Shown here in pieces: positions 10,290 to 20,000 of a stretch of DNA of 20,000 nt (position 1 is the stretch's first letter; each line of letters starts with the position of its first letter). The position numbers and the translations under genes were made by a program. The stretch comes from Neophaeotheca triangularis (taxonomy: Eukaryota), in NCBI GenBank assembly GCA_054600435.1, contig BAAIJX010000031.1, positions 236,739 to 256,738 on the forward strand. The letters run 5' to 3'. The notes under the pieces are model-generated. The model was not told the origin of the DNA and searched no databases. It saw only the letters and a program-made list of their open reading frames with translations.

Positions 10290-10660
10290 TTGCAGTATCT
10301 AGAAGGCGATGTCAATACCTGGCTCTCCCTCAAGCCCGCCCCACCTACTGCGAACCATCATCATACGACGAGAGAGACTGTGGCCGCCGCCGCAGCTGCC
10401 ATCACCTCCAAAAATCTCAACGGCCCGAAACTTCTCAACAATTACGAGGCTGAGCGGCAGAAGCGCCTCCGTCCCAAAGCAGGAGCCCAATACATCGATC
10501 CCCGTGAGGACGAGAAGCTCAGCAAGTATCTAGACGACCCGTGGCTTGCGCCAGGAACGCCGGTGCAGCAAGCCGTTCTCGATGGCGGATCTCGCAAGCT
10601 CTTGATAGTGGGTGCTGGGTTCAGGGGGATTTTGTTCGCTGTCAAGCTTATTATGCAGGG
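10290..10660 (+). pseudogene. 5' fragment of a Baeyer-Villiger (FAD-dependent) monooxygenase
   Basis: YEAERQKRLRP..GAQYID..LDDPW..KLLIVGAGFRGILFAVKLI matches a BVMO N-terminus with its first GxGxxG. The similarity stops right after this motif. Confidence 0.75.
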
Positions 10661-10778
10661 GTGCACAGGGGGTTGGATGTCACGGTGGCGAACTAGTAAT
10701 TTTGGGTCGCATTGAGGCTTTTGTGAGCATGGCATGGCGCTGGAAGTGGAAAGCTCTCCAGGCCATCCCATCTTGGAC

Positions 10779-12443
10779 TCAAGTCGATCTGAGTTGCCGT
10801 CGAACTTCTTCCGGCGCATCGACATCGTAGTTTTGGAACTTCCGACTTCGGATCCTTCGCTCAAACATGATGTCTAACTCCTCAAATGTACGATCCTTCG
10901 TCTCCGGCAAGAAGAACCAACAATACAATGTACAGAGCATACTCAAGCCAGCAAAAAGAAATCCTAGCTTGCCACCCCAATTCCCCTCATCCTCCTGCAT
11001 AGCATAAGGTATCGACACGGAAAAGACAATGGAAGATATCTGCACCGTTACTGTGGCAATCGAAACACTAAGACCGCGCAAATGCACAGCCGAGACTTCT
11101 GCAAGAAGCACGTAGCAGAACGGTCCTACAGTAGTGTCGTAGACGATATTGCACAGCATCATAAGCACGCACTGCGCCCACGTTGCCGCCGTGTTGTTTG
11201 AATTTTCCTTGACAGTGTCCAGTACGCCTATCAAGAAGAGCAGCATCATCAGGCTTGTGCAGCCCATCAAGTACGCCGTACGTCGTCCAATGCGCGTCAT
11301 TAGGAACCAGGATAGAACTGTCCCTATGAAGCCGAGGGCTTTGAGACCGAGGTTCAGGGAAAAAGAGTTTGAACCGTCCAAACCGGCGGTCTCGAAGAAG
11401 TAGACGGCGTAGCTGATGAAGAGCAGATTTCCAGTGAAGGCTTGCATGTCGTAGGCCATGATGCAGATTACGAGGCGACGGAAATTGGTGCCTCGGAAGC
11501 AGTCTTTGAAACGAGGTGGGCCTTGGGCGTATGATGTTTCCAGTGCGAGCGTTTCTTTAACATGAGCGAGCTTGATGTCTACGTCGATGTTGCTGGTAGT
11601 CAGCCGGGTTAGGGAGTGTCGCGCGGCTTCGGGTTTACCTCGTCGGCAGAGCCAGTAAGGTGGGTCCGGGCAGAAGTAGATGATGGCTAGCAAGATTGCT
11701 GGGAGGATCCATTGTGTGGCTAGCGGGATTTTGTAGGCGAGGTTGTTATTATATTTGTTGGTGCCCTTGAGGATGCCGGCTGCGATGAATTGTCCGATGA
11801 CGAAGGCAAGGTTAGTCATGGACGCTGCGAATCCGCGTAAGGCTAGGGGGCAGACTTCTCCTACGAAAGTTGAGGCGACGATCGGGTAGAAAGCGATTAT
11901 GATGCCGTTGATCAGCTCGCCGGTGAAGAGTTGGGTGGGCGTGTTAGCGAAGAACTGAATGAAGATGACTCCCATAGAGAGTGCTGAGCAGACGGCTATC
12001 ACTTTTCTAGGCCCGAACCTGTCGTATGCTGCTCCTGCTAGGAGGGATCCTACGACTGCGCCAATGTTGTTGGCATAGTTGAATGCGCCGAGCCATTGCG
12101 CTGGAATGAGGTATTCGCCGCGATATTTGTAGCCGAATGTCTCTTTGAAAGGCTGGAGGCCGACTAGACTGCCCACAACATTGCCGTCGACGCCTATCGA
12201 TTGATTATTTAGTGTCAATTGAGTAACAATCACTCTACGAGACGGTTATCTACCTTTTAGAACGACTGCAAGATTGATAAACAGGGTCCATGCCACGGCA
12301 GGCCAGTACAGACGAACGGCATGCCAAAATGACAGGCCATGCTCGTACGCCGTGAACTGTCTCGATCTGTCTGCTTCGGTACTCACAAAGTCTGGCGACT
12401 CTGCCCGGGATTGGGTGGTGTTGTGGACCTTATTGCCCTCCAT
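10779..12443 (-). CDS. Sugar porter family MFS, maltose/alpha-glucoside permease-like; 2 exons (12443-12254, 12193-10779), ~534 aa, intact
   Basis: EHGLSFWHAVRLYWPAVAW, DRFGPRK, GEVCPLALRG, YKIPLATQW, DCFRGTNFRR, IGRRT, AEVSAVHLRG, WGGKLGF and LPETKDRTFEELDIMFE. One GT-AG intron at 12253-12194. Confidence 0.93.
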
Positions 12444-12685
12444 GACTGACTTTACAACTGCAGAGCTTGAAGAACTCAGTTGAGCGACAAAGTGGAAGAA
12501 ATTGATATGACTCTCTCCATATGTCACGTCGCATGCCAAGCTTCGTGCGGAGAAACCTGGCTTCACCGAAATATGGCCAGAGCTGGCTCCCGTGTCTGAA
12601 TACTGCCGTGTCTGTCAATGTAGCCTTCATATTGTATGTTGTTAGTGGTACATGCCTTTGTGGGGTGTTGTTGCTGCTCCTGTGC

Positions 12686-13358
12686 ATGCCGCCATACACT
12701 CCGCGCCACGTTGACTGAACGCGCCAGACTGCTCCTTAAGCTCCACACCGGTGATGCCGCTGTGGTTGGTCATGCTCTCGGTAAGAGCAAGCGTATGTTC
12801 GAGCGGTGGATCTTTCGCTCCAACCTCTTTGGTGAGTCGTATGCCTCTAAGTCGGTGACCATGGGAAGCCCTAAAGAGTTGACTGCGCACCAGGAGCAGA
12901 TCAGTAGCTGTTGGAGAATGGGACTGAATTGAACTGAGCGCGCTCTCAGTGGTTAATTGACTACCTCCATGATCGGCCTACGGCATACCTTGATGAGCTC
13001 GCTCTCGCCGCGTATGACGCATCCGACGTGCACGTGTCTCATACTACCCTTCACCGCACAATGGAGCGCCGCCGGTGTTCGAACAAGGTCGCCAAGAGGG
13101 TTACGAAGGAGAGGCACCGCGGGCTCCGGTCGTTGTGGTGTACAACGGCCTCAAAGTGGTCGCAAGAGCTGTTATGCTTTGTCGATGAATCTGCGGCAAA
13201 TGAGAAGACTGGATATTGTAAGAGAGGTTGGTCACCGCGAAGGGTTGACTGCGTCGATCTGGAGTTAACTAGGAGGTCTGAGGGGCGTGGTCAGTACTGC
13301 CGGCGTTGACTGTTAATAGGTACCTTGCCGGCACGAAGGTTGTACAAGGTGCCATTGT
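12686..13358 (+). mobile_element. Tc1/IS630-mariner (DDE) transposase remnant, 3'-truncated
   Basis: HTH-like N-terminus (...GSPKELTAHQEQ), LIDYLHDRPTAYLDEL, VSHTTLHRTM, first catalytic Asp in CFVDES, RGWSP, and WSVLPALTV..YL..VVQG. It is frameshifted and I could not identify TIRs. Confidence 0.8.
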
Positions 13359-13845
13359 AGTCTCTACGGTCTGCTGGGGATACTGGTCGCAGTATGCTTT
13401 CACAAGCTTCAGTGTTTCCCCATAGCCTTGCTGTTCCTTTTAGGCGCTCTCTCGTAGAAGACCACTAGTTGCACGATCCAGATCATGGCCGAGAGGCTGC
13501 TGTTGAAGTTGCCGGGTTCCCAGCTCTGCGTCGACATGATACTAAGCATAGCACAAAAGCTGAGTAAAGGCGACTGGTACCACGAGCGCCAGTGGTGTGG
13601 CAGATGAGAAGCATCCATAGGTCTAGAAGTCTTTATTTCAGTTGGTGCTCTTCGTCTTCGTCTTTACTGTCGGGATCATCGTCTTCGGTTTAGTCCGTAC
13701 ATATTTGTCGTGCTGCATCGCAGATTCTCTTGCCACACTGCTAGCTGATCGTTTGTGACCTCGAGGATATCCTCCGGTCTCTAGTCTTCGCTGTCGTCGT
13801 CCACATCTGCGACTAGGCTGAAGTGGTACTCATTGAGGGCTACAA
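13353..13845 (-). pseudogene. Fragment of a second, distant family of TLH-like gene (N-terminal/middle region)
   Basis: Across frameshifts: LLDLWMLLICHTTGAR-WYQSPLLSFCAMLSI..QSWEPGNFNSSLSAMIWIVQLVVFYE..TLKLVKAYCDQYPQQTVET. It parallels the YKSGLISGLVVMGL..GWIPAINYTPILLAIV region of the distal TLH (17640-17777). Family assignment is from memory. Confidence 0.6.
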
Positions 13846-13879
13846 CCCTACTTAAATACGACACGAATTAAAGCGCTAG

Positions 13880-14023
13880 GAGGAGGAGATGGAGAAGAAG
13901 TTTATTAGGGGGAGTTTAGATGAGGTGGAGAGTTAGGACCAGATGGAATGGAATGAGACAGAAGTTGAGAATTATATGAGGATGGTAAAGAGGTTCAAAG
14001 AGGAGTTGTTAGCATTGGCCCAT
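13880..14023 (+). pseudogene. 144-bp diverged paralogous fragment of the distal TLH gene
   Basis: Ungapped match to 18303-18446: EEEMEKKFIRGSLDEVES*DQMEWNETEVENYMRMVKRFKEELLALAH vs DEGIEKKFMKGNLDEVERWDQIKWNEIGVENYIRRVRGFKEELLALVH. Confidence 0.9.
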
Positions 14024-14144
14024 GGAGGACATTCCCCACTAGCAACTGCTCCATAGTGTGTCCTACTCAGCATACAGATGGTTACTCAACTTTAGATGAG
14101 TGAGGACATGAATGCAATGCTGCCTACTGCTCTGGGGGGTACTT

Positions 14145-14738
14145 ACTAGCTAATCATATGTAGGTACAAGATTTCTGCCAGCACCGTCAGGGGAAGGTGG
14201 TGGTGGGCAGGTATGAGTCCCCTATCCAGGACATCTCCTTTGCAGGCATCCCTTAAGGCTCCCCACTGTCCCCCATTCTCTATGTCTTCTACAATGCAGA
14301 TCTGGTAGACATGGACATTGACAAGCAGGGAGGGGCCATTGGCTTTGTGGATGACTTCAATGCATGGATCACAGGACCAAGCCCTAGTGACAACACACAC
14401 TGGCCATCCAATTCAGGATCGTACCCAGAGTGGAAGCCTGGGCCAAGGAAAGTGGTGCCATCTTTGGAACAGACAAGACAGGCCTCATCCACTTCACACC
14501 AGTGGCCAGGTCCAGGCAGGCAGCAGTAGAGGCACCTCCTCTGAACTTCCAAGGACAGGAGATCCACCCCCAGGAGACAGTCGAGGTCTTGGGGTCACAT
14601 TCGACACCCGGCTCAAAATGCACACCCACATCTCCAAGGTCACCACTAAGGGACTAGCAAAATGCATTGCCCTCCAGTCAGTCAAGGGCATCGGGCCCAG
14701 GCAGATGCGCCAGCTCTACAGGGCATGCGTGGTTCCTT
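14145..14738 (+). mobile_element. Non-LTR (LINE, Tad1-like) retrotransposon reverse transcriptase fragment
   Basis: GIP*GSPLSPILYVFYNADL, GFVDDF, WAKESGAIF..DKTGLIHF, LGVTFDTRL..HI and MRQLYRACVVP. Contains stops and frameshifts. Confidence 0.9.
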
Positions 14739-15136
14739 GTCTCATGGCGCTTTTATGGAAGACCAACAGTTGAATAACCCTAACTACAATGCCACGACAA
14801 GATTGCCGCAATCTGAATAAATTTTGGTGAGGATTTGGGGGCCAAAAGCTGACAGGGGGGGCAATCTTTTTAAAGAAAGGGACTCAATCCTTTTTAGCAA
14901 TTCTTGACCAATACTTCCAAAATTTTGACAGTTATAATGCAAGCCAAATTGGCTAGTGGAGCCAAAATTTTGGAGCATTTGAGCAACTTGTAAGGTTGTA
15001 ATTTAGTGTAGCCCAAAAAGTGAAGTTCTTCATGCCAAGAAACCTCTAGCCAATTAGGGTTGGAGGGCATAAAGCCAGCTTGCCAAGCCAACTAGCTAGC
15101 TAGTAAGCCACATAGCCAGCTAGCTAACTACACATC

Positions 15137-15232
15137 TAGCAGCCATCAAGCTAGCAGTTATCAAGGTAGAAGCCATCGCCATTAGTAGTCAGCTATTAAG
15201 ACAATAGCTATCAAGCCAGCAGCTATGAAAGC
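15137..15232 (+). repeat. Degenerate ~15-bp tandem array (GCCATCAAGCCAGCA-like), copy A
   Basis: Read directly; homologous to the array at 16178-16352. Confidence 0.8.
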
Positions 15233-15241
15233 CTGTATTCC

Positions 15242-15416
15242 TAATAGAAAGGTGGTGAATGGAGAAGCAGTCAATAGATAGTAAATAATACAAAGGTAGT
15301 GAATGAAGAAGTAGTCAATAGACAGTAACTAATAGGAAAGCAGTGAATAGAGAAGTAGTCAATAGACAGTAACTAATAGAAATGCAGTGAATAGAGAAGT
15401 AGTCAATAGACAGTAA
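15242..15416 (+). repeat. ~44-bp minisatellite, 4 copies (TAATAGAAATGCAGTGAATAGAGAAGTAGTCAATAGACAGTAAC-like)
   Basis: Four tandem units read directly, without spacers. Confidence 0.9.
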
Positions 15417-15510
15417 GGTAGGAGCAAACAGGCTGCTACATATCTTCCTCTCTCTTCCTTTCCTATCTTTCTCTTCTCTCTCTCCTTATATCATCCACTC
15501 TACTAGCTAC

Positions 15511-15600
15511 CTAACCAGCCAACTAACCAGCTAACAAACCAACTAACCAAATAACCAACTGAACAACTAACCAAACAACCAACTGAACAACCAACCAACC
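15511..15600 (+). repeat. Degenerate (AACC/AACT/AACA)n microsatellite, preceded by a CT-rich tract (~15443-15487)
   Basis: Read directly; lies just upstream of the ATG at 15608. Confidence 0.85.
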
Positions 15601-15607
15601 TTCTACT

Positions 15608-16160
15608 ATGTCTTTACCAAACCCCTTTGAAAAGATGAGGCAAGATGCCCTAGCTAGATATAGTCAGGTAAGTAAGCTCTTTCTTTAGTAAGCTTGTTCA
15701 CCCTAACATAATAACAGCAAGGCATCAACATGGTTGAGAGGCTACAAAATGCTATGTAGAGACTCCACCAAATCAGCTCTCTCCCACCCTATGGAGCTCT
15801 CACACCTATCCTAGCTGAAAAGCAAGGGACTGTTTTTAGGGTAGAAGATGTGTGGGAGTAGCTAGGCAAGCTAGGTAGAGAGGGAAATGCAGACTTTGAG
15901 AGAGCACTTCTAGGGAGACTGAATGTGGGCTCAGCTGATATGTTGATTCAAGAAAGAGGGTAAGAGGAAGCAATAGCAAATTAGAGATGGAGGGATAAGT
16001 CTGAGCAATTTAGGAGGGAGATGTACTTGGCTGTTAGGGATATCTTGTATGATCTAGATCACATGCTACTAGCTAGAGAGGCATTGATTAGTAGATAGTA
16101 AGGGGAGAGAGTAGAGGGAGAGGAGAGAGTACTGAATTTCAACTACCTCCCTTCTCAAGC
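15608..16160 (+). pseudogene. Small spliced gene of unknown function upstream of TLH, inactivated by point stops
   Basis: ATG at 15608; exon MSLPNPFEKMRQDALARYSQ; canonical intron 15668-15717 (GTAAGT..CTAAC..CAG). The second exon stays protein-like in one frame with scattered TAG/TAA. The 3' end is uncertain. Confidence 0.55.
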
Positions 16161-16177
16161 TAGGGTTAGGGTGTATC

Positions 16178-16352
16178 CAGCCATCAAGACAGCAGCCATC
16201 AAGCTACCAGCCATTGAGGCAGAAGCCATCACTATCAGCAGTTAGCCATTAAGTAGTTAGCCATTAAGCTAGCAGCTATCAAGCCAGTAGCCATCAAGCC
16301 AGCAGCTATCAAGACAGCAGCGATCAAGCCAGAAGCCATCAAGACAGCAGCC
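16178..16352 (+). repeat. ~15-bp tandem array (GCCATCAAGCCAGCA-like), copy B, running into the TLH start codon
   Basis: Read directly. It is preceded by TAGGGTTAGGGT at 16161-16172. Confidence 0.85.
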
Positions 16353-19300
16353 ATGGAGATGTTCATCTATAGACTAGAGAATCAAGTCATCATTTGCAAG
16401 CAGTGTAAATTTGCACTAGTGCCATCACAGGTGGAGAGCCATTTGAAGAACTATCACCTATTTATGACACTACAGACAAGGAAAGCAATTCAAGAAGCAG
16501 TGCATAGAATGGGTAGGGTTGCCTAGCAGGAATCCCAAGTATAGTACCCTAGCCTAGGAAGCTAGCCTATCCCAGGATTGCCCATTTTTAATGATGGATT
16601 CAGGTGTAAGGCATGCCAGTACATTTGTAGAGACATAAGTGGCATATAGAGACATTGCAAGAGCCAGCATAGATGGACCAACCCAAGGAAGAGAGGCAGG
16701 CCAAGCCAGGGTACATAGGGGTAGAGGGGAGCAAGCCAGAGTAATAATAAGATGTGGGAGGAAGGGCAGCATTGCCAGAGGTTTTTTGAGTATGCCCAGT
16801 AGAAGAAGTATTTCCAGGTGGCAGGACAAGCAGAGCAGGTAGGGCAGGCAGGGCAGGCAGGGCAGGCAGGGCAGGCAGGACAGACCTAGAGAGGAGGGAA
16901 AGAAAGAGCAGAGGACAATACTAGGAAGATGGAGAGGATAGCAGAGGAGATAAAAGAGCATGTAGCAGAATAGGGCAGGAATAGGGAGATCCAGGGCAGT
17001 ACAAGTAGGATGGAAGCTAACCCATGGATGGAATTTATAGGGTGGGAGGAGCATTTAAGGAAGTTCAAGAGGGAAGAGATGTTAGCTACAATGCAGCCTA
17101 GCAAAGCAGAGGTGGCAGATGTAGAGCAAGCAATGAGAAATAGGGAAGGGGGAGGGGAAGAGATAGATATAGGAGAGGAAGAGGGAGAGGAGAGAGGATT
17201 AGTAGAGGCATGTAGGGCAACCAGGAGGTTGATCAGGAAGGCTATAGCCACATGCCAGCTACATATTGTTAGGAGGTCAGCATTGGAGTTTGTGAACAGG
17301 AGAGAAGTAGGTGAGGCAGGGAATAAAAGGTCATTTTATGCTAAGCATAAGGCAAACACCATGAAGAAGTATATTGCAATTTAGGTGAAGATAATGAGGT
17401 ACATTTGGAGGACAGGTCAGGTAGGAGAGAAGAGAAGGCTAGGGTACACATTGACAGAGGAGTAGGAAGACATGTTAGAGCAGTTGAAGAGTAAGTCCAG
17501 GTAGTGGGAAAGGGTAGAAGATAGCATTCCAAGGGGAAGGAGGAAGGAGAAGAGGGAGATGTTTAGAGAAGAGATGGAGCATGTGTGTTTAGAATTTTGG
17601 ATTGCAATGTTTGACCACAGGTTAAAGGAAGGTGAGTATAAGAGTGGGTTGATTAGTGGGTTGGTAGTAATGGGTTTGAACCCAGAGAAGCCAGGGTGGA
17701 TTCCAGCCATAAATTATACCCCTATTTTGTTAGCCATTGTCACAGTGGCCAGAGGGTTAGTTGTGTATAAAGCATAGGGAGACAGGAAGCAGGAGGTGGA
17801 GGGTAGGATGAGAGATAGGATGTAGGAGAGGGAGGCTAAGAGGGAGTCAGTGTTAGTTTTTAAGGGGGTAAAAGAGATGGTCCACAGGTTCATGACATTG
17901 ATAAGATTTGATGGAGTTCCCAGCCCAATGGACAGGATTTTGTATATAAGGACATATAGGATGAAGATCAGATTTATGACAAAGGGAGATGCCAGGGTAA
18001 CATAGAAAGGGGAGGAGATTTGCATTAACAGGATCAGTTTTACTATGGATGATGTAAGGGAGGTTGTCCATAGGTTAAATGAGTCAGTGAGGCAGAGATT
18101 GATGGATGATTTGTTGTTTGTGAAGAGGGAGGGTAAGCCAGGGTGGTCAGGGTGGGTAGGGATGCCTAGTTTACCTAAGTTAGATTTAGGGAAGTTATAT
18201 AACAACCTAGCGGAGATGGCAGAGGATTGGAGTTTTTTGAAGGATCCTAGGAACAAGTAGGAAGTAGATAGGGAGAAGTAGTTATTTAAAAGGATTTCTA
18301 GGGATGAGGGGATAGAGAAGAAGTTTATGAAGGGAAATTTGGATGAGGTGGAGAGGTGGGACCAGATTAAGTGGAATGAGATAGGGGTAGAGAATTACAT
18401 AAGGAGGGTAAGGGGATTCAAGGAGGAGTTATTAGCATTAGTGCATTTGACAGCAGGGGCCCCAGCTAGAGGGACAGAAGTGTTGAGCATCCAGCACACA
18501 AATGGGGAAGATAGTAGGGCATAGAGGGGGGTTTTTGTAGACAATAGGATGGTGGCATTTGTGACATCATACCACAAGGGGTACAGCACTAGCCAGAAGG
18601 TAAAGATCATCTATAGGTTTGTGCCTAAGGAGGTGGGGGAGTTAGTAGTGTATTATTTGTGGTTAGTGGAGCTATTTGTGAGGCAGTTGCAGTTAGCAGT
18701 AAGGGGGCAAAGTGAGTTTAGCCCATTTTTATGGGAGCTAGAGCCAGAGGAAGAATTCAGGGAAGAATGGGATGGGGAGATGGAAGAGGAGGATGAAGTG
18801 GCAGAGGAGAATGAGAGGGAGATGGAAAGGGTGGGGAGAGAGGGGATAGTAGAGAGGGACATAGAGAGTGAGGGGGAGAGGGAGCAGCAGGCCAAGAATG
18901 TAGATGGATTTTGGGACATAGACAGGGTAAGGAGGGTGTTGCAGAGACAGACAGTTAGTAGGATGGGGGTGAAGATCAGCACAGCCATTTGGAGGCAGGT
19001 GTACCCAGCCATTCAGAGGGAGTAGACAAAGGAGAAGGAGGTAGGGGAGATGTTAGATGAGATTTATGAGGGGAGAGGGAAAGAGAATAAGGATTAGAGT
19101 GCAAGGCAAGCAGGGCACAGCAGAAGAATGGAGGAGATGATTTATGGGGTATTGATGTTAGAGTCCCCATTTTACACTATGTTAGAGAAGGCCAGGTTTA
19201 GGAAGGTAAGTTTGGATTGGCACAGGTTTTTGCATTTCCAGTCAGCATAGACAGATAAGAATGTGGATATGGAGATAAGGAGGAGGATGGATGAAGAGCA

Positions 19301-19886
19301 GGAGAGGCAGGAGTTTGAGAGGTGGAAGGTAGCCAGGCACACAGACATCAGGAAGAAGTTAAAGGGGATTATAGGGAAAGAGGCAGAGTTTAGGGGGTTG
19401 CAGAAGCCAGGGTTAGAGGCCATTATGGAGAGGAAGGCCAGGGTTTTGATTGTGATGAGAACAGGTGGTAGGAAGAGTTTGTTTTTCATGGTGCCAGCAG
19501 CCAGTTCAAGAGATGGGGTCAGCATTGTGGTAGTGCCATTGAATTCATTAAGGCAGGACATAAGAGAGAGGTACAGCAAGGCAGGCATCACATGTGCAGA
19601 GTAGGATAGGATGAGCCTAGCATTTTGGGCTAGCATTGTGTTAGTCACCCCAGAATCAGCAGTGACCAATGCATTCAGCAGGTTCATTAACCAGAAGAAA
19701 ATGATGAGGCAGTTGGACAGGATTGTGATTGATGAATGCCATGTGGTGTTAGATTCCACAGACAGGTAGAGGCCCAAGGTGAGGGAGTTGATTGAAATAG
19801 GGGACAAAGGGACACAGGTGGTATATTTGACAGCCACATTGCCACCCAAGGATGAAGCAGCATTTTTCAAGGCAATGGGGGTAGTG
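16353..19886 (+). pseudogene. Telomere-linked RecQ-like helicase (TLH) gene, RIP-like mutated and truncated by the telomere
   Basis: One reading frame throughout: the ATG at 16353 and the ORF-track pieces at 17010, 17559, 18045, 18327, 18549 and 19263 are all in the same frame, with many TAG stops. N-terminal Zn-finger/DUF3505-like motifs: IICKQCKFALVPSQVESHL..YH, CKACQYIC..RHCKSQH, CQRFF. RecQ motifs: FRGLQ, TGGRKS, VVVPLNSL, VTPE, IVIDECH, LTATLPP. Motifs IV-VI are missing. Confidence 0.92.
16842..16879 (+). repeat. 9-bp tandem repeat (GGGCAGGCA) x4 within the TLH frame
   Basis: Read directly; encodes GRQ repeats. Confidence 0.9.
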
Positions 19887-20000
19887 AGGGTTAGGGTTAG
19901 GGTTAGGGTTAGGGTTAGGGTTAGGGTTAGGGTTAGGGTTAGGGTTAGGGTTAGGGTTAGGGTTAGGGTTAGGGTTAGGGTTAGGGTTAGGGTTAAGGGT
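19887..20000 (+). repeat. Telomere (TTAGGG)n
   Basis: AGGG, then 17 perfect TTAGGG units (19891-19992), then terminal TTAAGGGT. The G-rich strand runs toward the window end. Confidence 0.99.

Noticed and set aside
12600..13420. Terminal inverted repeats or TA target duplication for the Tc1 remnant
   Set aside because: No convincing inverted pair was found; the 3' end is replaced by another fragment.
15242..15416. CRISPR-like appearance of the 44-bp repeats
   Set aside because: The units are directly tandem with no unique spacers, the context is eukaryotic, and there are no cas genes.
16554..19870. Long minus-strand ORFs (e.g. 19172-19870, 17714-18256, 16554-17054)
   Set aside because: Antisense shadows of the purine-rich TLH frame, low-complexity S/L/P/F-rich with no motifs.
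19993..20000. Variant telomere unit TTAAGGG
   Set aside because: A single occurrence at the extreme contig end; most likely a base-calling error.

Overview
Right-hand chromosome end of a filamentous ascomycete fungus: short GT-AG introns with CTRAC branch points, and a (TTAGGG)n telomere at 19887-20000. The proximal part holds a compact urease cluster arranged as two divergent pairs. One pair is an intact 11-exon, ~837-aa single-chain urease (902-3973, -) facing a broken Fen2/Liz1-like MFS transporter that carries an internal inversion. The other is intact UreD (-) facing intact UreG (+). Both divergent promoters share a GCGTGACRTCA motif. Next come gene fragments (RSA4-like, SDR, Baeyer-Villiger monooxygenase), an intact maltose/alpha-glucoside permease, and then transposon and helicase debris (Tc1/IS630 transposase, two telomere-linked-helicase fragments, a LINE RT). 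The distal ~5 kb is a CpG-stripped, RIP-like mutated subtelomeric element with tandem repeats, a small spliced gene, and a telomere-linked RecQ helicase (TLH). The TLH has a tyrosine-recombinase-like middle region and is cut off mid-helicase by the telomere. All calls are from manual motif recognition; no database searches were run.
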